Part shown: positions 19,598 to 27,390 of the stretch, in pieces
Layout: the number at the start of each line of letters is the position of its first letter
Numbering within the stretch: the first letter of the stretch is position 1
DNA from: Agrobacterium sp. 719_389
Lineage (GTDB): Bacteria > Bacteroidota > Bacteroidia > UBA8524
Direction of reading: 5' to 3'
NCBI GenBank assembly: GCA_943370295.1
Contig: CALRQL020000015.1
Coordinates: forward strand, 8,515-72,514
DNA: 64,000 bases
Notes under the pieces: model-generated
Database searches by the model: none
Seen by the model: the letters and a program-made list of their open reading frames with translations, nothing else
What the model was told of the DNA's origin: nothing
Position numbers and translations under genes: made by a program

Positions 19598-20650
19598 TTA
19601 GTTTATGTTTACCCTAGGGTCTAAAACTTTATACATAATATCAACCATAATGTTCATGGCGATAAAAACAACTGCAATTAGTAGTATGGCTCCCATAACT
19701 ACCGGATAGTCTGATTTTTCTAATGCTTCAACGGTTACTTTACCCACCCCGCGCCAGTTAAAAATGTACTCAACAAAAAACGAGCCTGCAAGCAACGATG
19801 CAAACCACCCCGAAATGGAAGTTATAACGGGGTTTAAGGCATTCTTTAATGCGTGACGCCATATTACCTGCCTGTGGCTTAATCCTTTTGCGTAGGCCGT
19901 TCGTATATAGTCTTGCCCCATCACCTCAATCATACTGCTTCGGGTTAGCTGTATAATAATTGATAAAGGACGTATGCCCAATGCAAGTGTGGGTAATATT
20001 AAATTGCTGAAACTGTAATAACGATGGTAGTTACCGTCGTAATCCACCCAGCTGCCCGTCATATTAAGTCCTGTATAGTTGCTAAGCAGGTAACCGAACA
20101 GCCATGCAATAATGATAGCAGCAAAAAAGGAGGGCAGGGATATACCCAAAGTACTGGTGAATAAAATTGCCCTATCAGTAAAGGTGTTTTGGCGGAGTGC
20201 GGCAATTATTCCCAACAATATACCCAACACAGCGGCAAACAGAATGGACGCAGTAGCTAAAACAGCAGTGCCCGCAAACGATTCAGCCAGCAGTTGCGAT
20301 ACCTTTTTTTTGCTTTGGTAGGAGCGGCGCAGGTAGGGTTGTTTTAAAACCACATCTGTTTGGCCGGCTGTAAAAAGGCACAGATAGCTATACTTTTCTT
20401 TGTTTTCTTGTGTTGATTGATGAAACGACAGGGGAGATAAATCGTTGATATAAAGCAGTAACTGAGTGCCTTTGGGTTTGTCAAGCCCAAACTCTTTTTT
20501 TATGGCATCTTTTGTTAAAACATCATCGCGTTGCCCTGCCATTATTTCAGCAGGGTCGGGAAACCAAGCAAACAAAACAAACACCATTAGCACAATGCCG
20601 ATTAAAACCAGCAAGCCATACAATAGCTTTTTTGTGATAAAGGTTAGCAT
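19598..20650 (-). CDS. ABC transporter permease (Dpp/Opp-type)
   Basis: Multi-pass membrane protein with the EAA-like loop DYIRTAYAKGLSHRQVIWRHALKNA. Confidence 0.85.
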   Translation of the reverse strand: MLTFITKKLLYGLLVLIGIVLMVFVLFAWFPDPAEIMAGQRDDVLTKDAIKKEFGLDKPKGTQLLLYINDLSPLSFHQSTQENKEKYSYLCLFTAGQTDVVLKQPYLRRSYQSKKKVSQLLAESFAGTAVLATASILFAAVLGILLGIIAALRQNTFTDRAILFTSTLGISLPSFFAAIIIAWLFGYLLSNYTGLNMTGSWVDYDGNYHRYYSFSNLILPTLALGIRPLSIIIQLTRSSMIEVMGQDYIRTAYAKGLSHRQVIWRHALKNALNPVITSISGWFASLLAGSFFVEYIFNWRGVGKVTVEALEKSDYPVVMGAILLIAVVFIAMNIMVDIMYKVLDPRVNIN

Positions 20651-20659
20651 ACAATTCTA

Positions 20660-20684
20660 AATTTCAAATTTTGAATTTGAAATT
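20660..20684. promoter_or_regulatory. Perfect 11-bp inverted repeat AATTTCAAATT-ttg-AATTTGAAATT (candidate operator or weak hairpin)
   Basis: Read directly from the sequence. It lies between the DoxX-family gene stop (20707) and the permease start (20650). Confidence 0.3.
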
Positions 20685-20706
20685 GTTGGAGTTCAAAAAA
20701 CTCAGT

Positions 20707-21918
20707 TTAATTTTTCTTAGCCATCAGTTTCCTGATTTTTTCAGCTTTGGGTATGCTGCGGGCAGGCCATGAATCTATAACCACGCTGCCTTTCATCAAA
20801 ATCAATCCCGCATTGCTGCGTATCATTGATTTAAGCATTTTGGCATCGGTATTATAAAAATCAAATATCAGTCCGTACTCGTGGCGTGTTTTTTCTGCAT
20901 CATCAAGGGTAGTAGCTGTTAGCCCCCAAACTTTTTTGCCGTCTTTCTCAATAAACTCCTTAGCCAGTTCGGCCACTTTCTTCATGCCGTTTTTGCGGGC
21001 ATGTTCCAAATCATACGATATCACCAATAGTTGATAGTCGTTATTGCGCAGCATCGTATCCTTATAGTCCACATTGTCTTTGGTAAACATTGTGAAACCC
21101 ATAATCTTTGGCTGGCAACCTTTAATAATCACCTTGTCTTTTCGGTCGATAAACTTAGCATCGGTAGGTATTTTACCCGTCATCATATCATCGTATGAAA
21201 ACTCCGTATCAACCCCTTTCACATTGTATATAAACACGTTTTGCACACTGTCTTTGGGTGCATCAGGAGGGCAGGTTATCAGCGTTGCTACATCGTTATC
21301 GTTTTGCCAGTTAAGGAAGTTAACCATAGGCAAATACATGTTACAATATACAGTGAACACTGTAAATGCTACTGACAATATAACAATAATATTGGTTTGC
21401 ATAGTGCGCGAGAAGATAGAACGCGTATGCTTACGACGGATAAAGATGATAATGATGAATGCCAACAATATCAAATCTTTATAAAACGATTGCCACGGAG
21501 TTAGTTTTATAAACTCACCAAAGCAACCGCAATCCGTCATGTAATATATCTTTTTGGGATCAAAGCCAAATAAACCGGCAAACCATTTGGTAGTGCCGCT
21601 GTCGGGGTTTTCAAAAAACCAGTTGCTTATGGCGGTAAAGCCGGTTAGCATGGTAAAAAATATAATCATACCCAGTATCAGGCTACCGGTTACTTTCATT
21701 CGGGTGCCCATAAGCACAGCAAAGCCAAGCACCATTTCAAGCACGCTGATAAACATGGCTTGATATAAGGCTGTTGATGAAAGAAAATTGAGCCCGAAAA
21801 CGTGGTAGTATTCTTCTAACTTATACGAAAAACCAAGCGGGTCGTTGGCCTTCACAAAGCCCGAAAAAATAAATAATAGCCCAACTAAAACGCGGCTGAT
21901 AACTGCTAGTACTTTCAT
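20707..21918 (-). CDS. DoxX-family membrane protein with C-terminal soluble domain (BT_3928-like)
   Basis: N-terminal VISRVLVGLLFIFSGFVKANDP DoxX-type helices. It is linked to DUF1599 and folP, as in many Bacteroidota. Confidence 0.75.
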   Translation of the reverse strand: MKVLAVISRVLVGLLFIFSGFVKANDPLGFSYKLEEYYHVFGLNFLSSTALYQAMFISVLEMVLGFAVLMGTRMKVTGSLILGMIIFFTMLTGFTAISNWFFENPDSGTTKWFAGLFGFDPKKIYYMTDCGCFGEFIKLTPWQSFYKDLILLAFIIIIFIRRKHTRSIFSRTMQTNIIVILSVAFTVFTVYCNMYLPMVNFLNWQNDNDVATLITCPPDAPKDSVQNVFIYNVKGVDTEFSYDDMMTGKIPTDAKFIDRKDKVIIKGCQPKIMGFTMFTKDNVDYKDTMLRNNDYQLLVISYDLEHARKNGMKKVAELAKEFIEKDGKKVWGLTATTLDDAEKTRHEYGLIFDFYNTDAKMLKSMIRSNAGLILMKGSVVIDSWPARSIPKAEKIRKLMAKKN

Positions 21919-22499
21919 GCGGGTAGTATTTCATTTAATCGAATCAGTGCAAAAACTGAATAGTTAATAATGTCTAAAAAATTGGCATCAACACCTTCTG
22001 AAATAAGAGTTTTCCCCTTATTGTCTTCAATTTGTTTAATACGCAACAGCTTCATCAAAATCAAATCGGTATAGGTGCTTATTCTCATATCTCTCCACGC
22101 CTCACCATAGTCGTGGTTCTTGTCCTCCATCAAATTCTTTGCCCATTTTGCTTTTTTATCAAACAAATCGGCCAAAGCTTCGCTGCTAATCTCAAGTTCT
22201 TCCTCTTTTGGCAGCTCCATTTGTATTAGAGCTATTATGCAGTAATTAATTATGCCTGCGTATTCGCCTTCAACCCCCTCGTCAATTTTTTGCGTACCTT
22301 TTTCTTCAATACTTTTAATACGCTTCGCCTTTATATAAATTTGGTCGGTGATGGATGTTTGCCTCAAAATACGCCAAGCAGTACCGTAGTCGGTATTTTT
22401 TTTCATAAAAATATCCCTGCAGCGGCTTATAACTGTATCGTATTGTTGTGACGTTGGATTCAAACTGGTATAGTTTTGTGTGTTGCTGTTACTTTGCAA
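21915..22499 (-). CDS. DUF1599-like protein (two internal repeats)
   Basis: Two copies of a D-Y-G-x-A-W-R...I-K-x-x-R-I-K-x-I-E module (YGTAWRILRQTSITDQIYIKAKRIKSIE and YGEAWRDMRISTYTDLILMKLLRIKQIE). 4-nt overlap with the DoxX gene. Confidence 0.75.
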   Translation of the reverse strand: MQSNSNTQNYTSLNPTSQQYDTVISRCRDIFMKKNTDYGTAWRILRQTSITDQIYIKAKRIKSIEEKGTQKIDEGVEGEYAGIINYCIIALIQMELPKEEELEISSEALADLFDKKAKWAKNLMEDKNHDYGEAWRDMRISTYTDLILMKLLRIKQIEDNKGKTLISEGVDANFLDIINYSVFALIRLNEILPA

Positions 22500-22543
22500 A
22501 ATACTGTAAAATATGTTTTGTGCCGACTAAAATAAATAAACAA

Positions 22544-23404
22544 TTGATAGCCCCCAAACTGATAAAACCCACATATACCCTTAACTGTAGGGGAAAATTG
22601 CTGACTCTGACCCCGCCCCGTGTTATGGGAATACTGAATACAACGCCCGATTCGTTTTTTGATGGAGGACAGTATAATGCTGTGGATAACGCACTGATTA
22701 GAACCGAGAAAATGCTTACCGAGGGGGCGGATATTATAGATGTGGGCGGATATTCAACCCGTCCGGGTGCAGTTGAAATTACCCTTGATGAGGAGCTGAA
22801 CAGGGTAGTGCCTGTTATTGAGGCTATCATCAAACGATTCCCTGAATGTATTATTTCAATAGATACTTTTAGAGCGCCGGTGGCAAAAGCGGCCATAGAA
22901 AGTGGTGCAAGTATTATTAACGATGTTTCGGCTGGCGATGATGACGAATTGATGATACCCTTGGTGGCCAAACTAAATGTAACGTATATAGTTATGCATA
23001 AACAGGGTAAGCCGCAAACCATGCAGCAAAATCCTGTTTATAGCGATGTGGTGAATGAGGTGTTGGGATACTTGGCCGCAAAAGTTGCTTTACTGCAAAA
23101 ACTGGGTGTACACGATATTGTTATAGACCCCGGTTTTGGTTTTGGAAAAACGATAGATCATAATTTTTCGCTTCTTAAAAATATCGAAAAATTCGCACTA
23201 CTAAATGTGCCAATTTTGGCAGGTGTTTCACGCAAAAGTTTAATTAATAAAGTATTGGGCATAAAAGCTGCCGAAGCTTTAAACGGTACTACTGTGCTTA
23301 ATTCACTCGCCTTGCTTGGGGGCGCAAACATATTGCGTGTGCACGATGTTAGGGAGGCAACAGAAGCCGTTAATCTTGTGGTTAAGTATCAGCAAGCTGA
23401 GTAA
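22544..23404 (+). CDS. folP: Dihydropteroate synthase
   Basis: VMGILNTTPDSFFDGG, IIDVGGYSTRPG, INDVS and DPGFGFGK motifs. The start is uncertain: the TTG at 22544 gives about 286 aa, and the GTG at 22520 is an alternative. Confidence 0.9.
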   Translation: MIAPKLIKPTYTLNCRGKLLTLTPPRVMGILNTTPDSFFDGGQYNAVDNALIRTEKMLTEGADIIDVGGYSTRPGAVEITLDEELNRVVPVIEAIIKRFPECIISIDTFRAPVAKAAIESGASIINDVSAGDDDELMIPLVAKLNVTYIVMHKQGKPQTMQQNPVYSDVVNEVLGYLAAKVALLQKLGVHDIVIDPGFGFGKTIDHNFSLLKNIEKFALLNVPILAGVSRKSLINKVLGIKAAEALNGTTVLNSLALLGGANILRVHDVREATEAVNLVVKYQQAE

Positions 23405-23530
23405 AATATTGTATATTAAAAGCTACATCTTGCGTAGTTTCACAGAAAATAAAACCGTGTTTTCACCGTAGAATTAACAGAATATTACCCATAAAATTGT
23501 AATTATGAATGCAATTGCGTTTCATGATTT

Positions 23531-24574
23531 ATGGGGGTACTAAAGATACATGGGCTTATTAGATTGGATCAGTTTTGGCCGAGAGGTAAATCGGCTGCCG
23601 ACGTTTCGAAAATCAAAATAACAGTTGATAACAATTCTTTTCAATTTAAGAATGAGGATACTGCTGATTTTGAGGTGATAAGTTTGTTTAATGATGCTTA
23701 TTCGGGCCAAGGTAGAAAAAAACAAAAACTAATTAAAAGGGGTATGCAAATCGAAGCTCGTTTGCAGGGCACAGATGCCCCTGAATTACACTACAAGTTG
23801 TGGGGCCCTACGCCAACAAAACACCCTACCAAAAAAGGGAATTTATTGAGCATAGACTATGAGCAACTAATTTTGATAAACAACTCGGCTGATTTTAGGC
23901 AGCCCATGGCAGAAACCGCATCGGTAAAGTTATTAGAGTTGCTAAGTAAAAGCGCCAAAGCAGGACAGGTAGCCTGTACGTTTGTATCCACCGTAAACCG
24001 CCCCGAAGATGCCTGCGATGTTTATGGGCGTTTTGTGGGCGATGTTTTTATTGAAGTAAAAAACAAGCGGGTATGTATTAATCATTGGTTGCTTGAGAAA
24101 GGATTCGCTTTCCCTGCGTTGTATAGCGGCATGGCAACAAACGAAATAAAAAGCGTGCTTGAGGCTGCACAAAAGGGCAGAGACTCTAAAAGCGGCGTGT
24201 ATACACTGTATAAAGATTATTTTGGCGTTTTTGATAACAAATTACGCTATCGTAACCCTGCTATGGTTGGAAAAAACAACTCATCTGCGGCTACAGATAA
24301 AGGGCATTTGATTCATCCCAAAATATACCGGCGGTGGTGTGTGTATCATATTTATAAGATGGCTAAGGTAGATATTGGTACGTTTAGCGAATACCTTAAA
24401 GCCTGCGGGGATATGTTTTACTACACCATTGATTTTTTAAAAGGAGTAGCAGCAAAACCTCAACAACATTTTTTACACGATGTGGTGAAAGGCAACCGTT
24501 TGATAGTGCCTGTGCAGGATATTGTGTTTATTGAAAAAGAAGCCACGATTGTGCAGGGAGATGGGGATGAGTAA
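23531..24574 (+). CDS. Staphylococcal-nuclease (SNase/thermonuclease)-like domain protein with long C-terminal extension
   Basis: IEARLQGTDAPELHY (compare the RL-x-G-I-D-x-P-E motif), DVYGRFVGDVFI and NHWLLEKGFAFP are arranged as in the SNase fold. The C-terminal ~130 aa are unassigned. Confidence 0.6.
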   Translation: MGVLKIHGLIRLDQFWPRGKSAADVSKIKITVDNNSFQFKNEDTADFEVISLFNDAYSGQGRKKQKLIKRGMQIEARLQGTDAPELHYKLWGPTPTKHPTKKGNLLSIDYEQLILINNSADFRQPMAETASVKLLELLSKSAKAGQVACTFVSTVNRPEDACDVYGRFVGDVFIEVKNKRVCINHWLLEKGFAFPALYSGMATNEIKSVLEAAQKGRDSKSGVYTLYKDYFGVFDNKLRYRNPAMVGKNNSSAATDKGHLIHPKIYRRWCVYHIYKMAKVDIGTFSEYLKACGDMFYYTIDFLKGVAAKPQQHFLHDVVKGNRLIVPVQDIVFIEKEATIVQGDGDE

Positions 24575-24612
24575 TGTGATTTAGCTATATTTATAGCCGA
24601 TATTCACAAACT

Positions 24613-24954
24613 ATGGCAGCTAACGAAGTAATTACAAACCGAGTGCGGGAAGCCTTGATGCACTTGCCTGATGTGCAAGAGAAAACCATGTTTAACGGGT
24701 TGTGTTTTATGGTGGAGGACAAGATGTGCATTTGTGTGAACGAGGACGAAATTCTTTGCCGCATCGGGTTAAAAAAAATTAGTGAGGTAATAGAAACCGA
24801 CGGATGCCGTCAAATGATACACAATGGCAAACCCATGAAGGATTATGTGTTTGTGAGCAACGCCCTTATCGAAACCCCTGTCGGACTTAGCTATTGGGTA
24901 CAGCTTTGTTTGGCATTTAACAAAGAAGCCAAATCATCGAAAAAGAAAAAATAA
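24613..24954 (+). CDS. TfoX/Sxy N-terminal domain protein
   Basis: RVREAL...EKTMFNGLCFMVEDKMCICV pattern of TfoX_N. 113 aa, with no TfoX_C part. Confidence 0.65.
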   Translation: MAANEVITNRVREALMHLPDVQEKTMFNGLCFMVEDKMCICVNEDEILCRIGLKKISEVIETDGCRQMIHNGKPMKDYVFVSNALIETPVGLSYWVQLCLAFNKEAKSSKKKK

Positions 24955-24958
24955 CGCA

Positions 24959-25240
24959 TTACTCTTTAAACTGTAAACCCGCTTCATTCAATGCCTTTTG
25001 AAGCTTGGGTATGGAGCTGGGTCCCATGCCGTGGAGCGCCAAAATTTCTTTTTTGCTATGTTCAGCCAATTGTTCCAATGTAAATATGCCCTTGTTTTCC
25101 AATGCTCTGCGCGCAGGTGCCGGTAGCAACGCTAAAAAACCATGTTGGGGTTTGCGTTCATTCTCACAGTGCGGGCAGGTGGGGCAATCGCTGCTCTTGT
25201 AATATTGGTGGCCGTTTGAGCAGGTTCTTAACTCAGGCAT
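24959..25240 (-). CDS. Zn-ribbon plus helix-hairpin-helix (RpoA-CTD / TfoX_C-like) small protein
   Basis: C-x4-H...C-P-x-C-P-x-C cluster, then LPAPARRALENKGIFTLEQL...LHGMGPSSIPKL HhH motifs. Confidence 0.6.
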   Translation of the reverse strand: MPELRTCSNGHQYYKSSDCPTCPHCENERKPQHGFLALLPAPARRALENKGIFTLEQLAEHSKKEILALHGMGPSSIPKLQKALNEAGLQFKE

Positions 25241-25245
25241 TGGTA

Positions 25246-26328
25246 TTATTTCACTTGTGCTTTTAACTGCTCAAAAAGAGTTTTCATGGTGGTGTTTTCT
25301 TTCACGGTATAGCCTCCCTTGCCAATTTCATCTTGCGCAAAGTCTTTGCGTGATTGGGTAACAGGGTGCGAGCTTAAAAACTCAGGAACTTCTTGCCCTT
25401 TGGTTTCTTCCTCCAACTTCTCAAACAGTTGTAGCATTCCCTGTGGGTCAATATTGTTTTGCACCAGTAGTTTAAAACCCTCCTTGTCTGCTTCGTGTTC
25501 AAGACTACGGGAGTAGCCCAAATCCTTCAACGAGTTGGCATGTTCGCCAATAATACCTGCAACTCCGCCAACATCACCAAAAATTGCTGTAATAAATAAA
25601 TAATTACCCAACGAGCGGAAAATGGAACGGGTAGTATGCCTGTGCTGCACGTGGCTAAACTCATGGCCAAGCAGAGCTGCCAATTGCGGGTAAGCGTCCA
25701 TCTTATTCAGTATTCCGTCAAATACAACAATGTTTCCGCCGGGCATGGCAAAAGCATTTACCTGAGCGTTTTTTACCACCGTAATTCGAATGTCGTAATC
25801 CTGCGGACGTTTCATCTGCCTGAAAAACGCATTAATTAGTTTCGTAGCGCTATCGTTTACTGTGTATTCGGCAATGGTACTTTTAAAAAGATTGTCCCCT
25901 ATTTCCACCTCGGTTTCTTTAGGCACCACAGTAGCAAACTGCTCGGCTGCCCAAGGCACAATAAAAAAGTATAAACAAGCAAAAAAAGCGAGAACAATGC
26001 TCACAAATACTAAAATAGGCTTAAGCGCAGAGCCTGATTTTTCTTTTACAGGATGGATAAGGGAATAATTGCGGTAATACGGGGCCACCTGTGTAGTAAA
26101 ATCGTCTTTACTTAACTCTAGATAGAGCTTGGTTGTAACTGTATGTTGCAGCATTACATACTGGGGCTTGTGGTGGCGCAATTGTTTTATTTGGTTTACC
26201 TGCCAATACAACGGCGATGTGTACTCAATGCCTATGGTCTGTATTTTTATACTTTCTGATAATAACTCTATGGTTACGGGTCTGCCTTCACGAACCGTAC
26301 CATCAAAAAAAGTTGCTTTCAATTCCAT
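25246..26328 (-). CDS. M48 family metallopeptidase
   Basis: HEFSHVQHRH (HExxH) plus a downstream E ligand region. One TM segment follows an N-terminal soluble domain. Confidence 0.85.
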   Translation of the reverse strand: MELKATFFDGTVREGRPVTIELLSESIKIQTIGIEYTSPLYWQVNQIKQLRHHKPQYVMLQHTVTTKLYLELSKDDFTTQVAPYYRNYSLIHPVKEKSGSALKPILVFVSIVLAFFACLYFFIVPWAAEQFATVVPKETEVEIGDNLFKSTIAEYTVNDSATKLINAFFRQMKRPQDYDIRITVVKNAQVNAFAMPGGNIVVFDGILNKMDAYPQLAALLGHEFSHVQHRHTTRSIFRSLGNYLFITAIFGDVGGVAGIIGEHANSLKDLGYSRSLEHEADKEGFKLLVQNNIDPQGMLQLFEKLEEETKGQEVPEFLSSHPVTQSRKDFAQDEIGKGGYTVKENTTMKTLFEQLKAQVK

Positions 26329-26417
26329 TCAGTGCACAATATAAAATAATCAAAAACGCTTGCCCAAGTGTAGAAGCTACAAAGCTATTTTTTACCGATA
26401 AAAGTCTATTCCCTCCT

Positions 26418-27257
26418 TCAATCCTTCACCAACCGCTGTGTGTAAATCCATCCGTTTTCAGTCTCCACTTCAATGTAATAAACAGAAGAGTTTAAGTGAC
26501 TGATGGTTAGTTTTTTATCAAACCCTTTAAAAACTTCTTTACCTTCAACGGTGCGGATTATAACCCTTTTTACTTCATCTTCTGTGTCAATAGTTACTAT
26601 ATCATTAGCGGGATTTGGAAATATTCTAAGTGCAGGTTGGTTTTTTACATCATCAACAGCCAAAAAGCCAGTAAATGAAATATCGTCAATAATAAGATAG
26701 TTGCCAGGATTGGGTTTTTCTTTTAATGTGGTGGTAAACAAGAATAAGCAAGAATCAGGCTTTGCATTTCCAAAATAGGTGAGGGGTATAGTGCGAAGTG
26801 TAAAAGTAGTAGCGATATCAAAAAATACCGTAAACCCTGACGCGATAGTGTCTTTACGTTTAAGTGCTGTATTCCACTTGGTAAGGTACACAACCGCGGC
26901 AGCAGTGTCTAAACGATTGTGTTTATAGTAAAAATTACAAGCAGTAGGCCGGTGCGGGAAACTAACCCCCGGCGCTTCGTAGTCACTTCCGGTAACTAAT
27001 ACTGCTTGCAAAGTATCACCGGTAATAGGGTCAAGGCGAGTTTCCAATTTAGCACTCCAATTTCCGGTGTGTGCATCCTCAAACGGATAGCAAGTTTCAG
27101 GAGCACCAAAAAAAGCGTAAGCATTGGTACTTATCCACCCGTCGGGTTCAATGTATTCGTTTTTCAACGTCCAGTTTTCAAAGCCGCTGTTCAGTAATTG
27201 CTGGCCTTGTGCCAGTATTATAACACAAATACCACAAGCAGTCAACAAATGTTTCAT
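26418..27257 (-). CDS. Secreted protein with T9SS type-A C-terminal domain (PCMD-like N-domain)
   Basis: Signal peptide, N-terminal LLNSGFENW motif and C-terminal IFPNPANDIVTI...VYYIEVETENG...RLVKD. Confidence 0.75.
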   Translation of the reverse strand: MKHLLTACGICVIILAQGQQLLNSGFENWTLKNEYIEPDGWISTNAYAFFGAPETCYPFEDAHTGNWSAKLETRLDPITGDTLQAVLVTGSDYEAPGVSFPHRPTACNFYYKHNRLDTAAAVVYLTKWNTALKRKDTIASGFTVFFDIATTFTLRTIPLTYFGNAKPDSCLFLFTTTLKEKPNPGNYLIIDDISFTGFLAVDDVKNQPALRIFPNPANDIVTIDTEDEVKRVIIRTVEGKEVFKGFDKKLTISHLNSSVYYIEVETENGWIYTQRLVKD

Positions 27258-27390
27258 AGTGTAAAATTACAATCTAAAACCGCCTTGCACAATAAATACC
27301 TGTGTTTTGATATTTACTATTCTTAAACGATTAGGGATAAATACTAAACGGTGGATAAGGCATTACATTATTCGTTTAATTTCGCAACGT

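Noticed and set aside
22489-23022. 177-aa minus-strand ORF
   Set aside because: It is antisense to folP, whose motifs are unambiguous.
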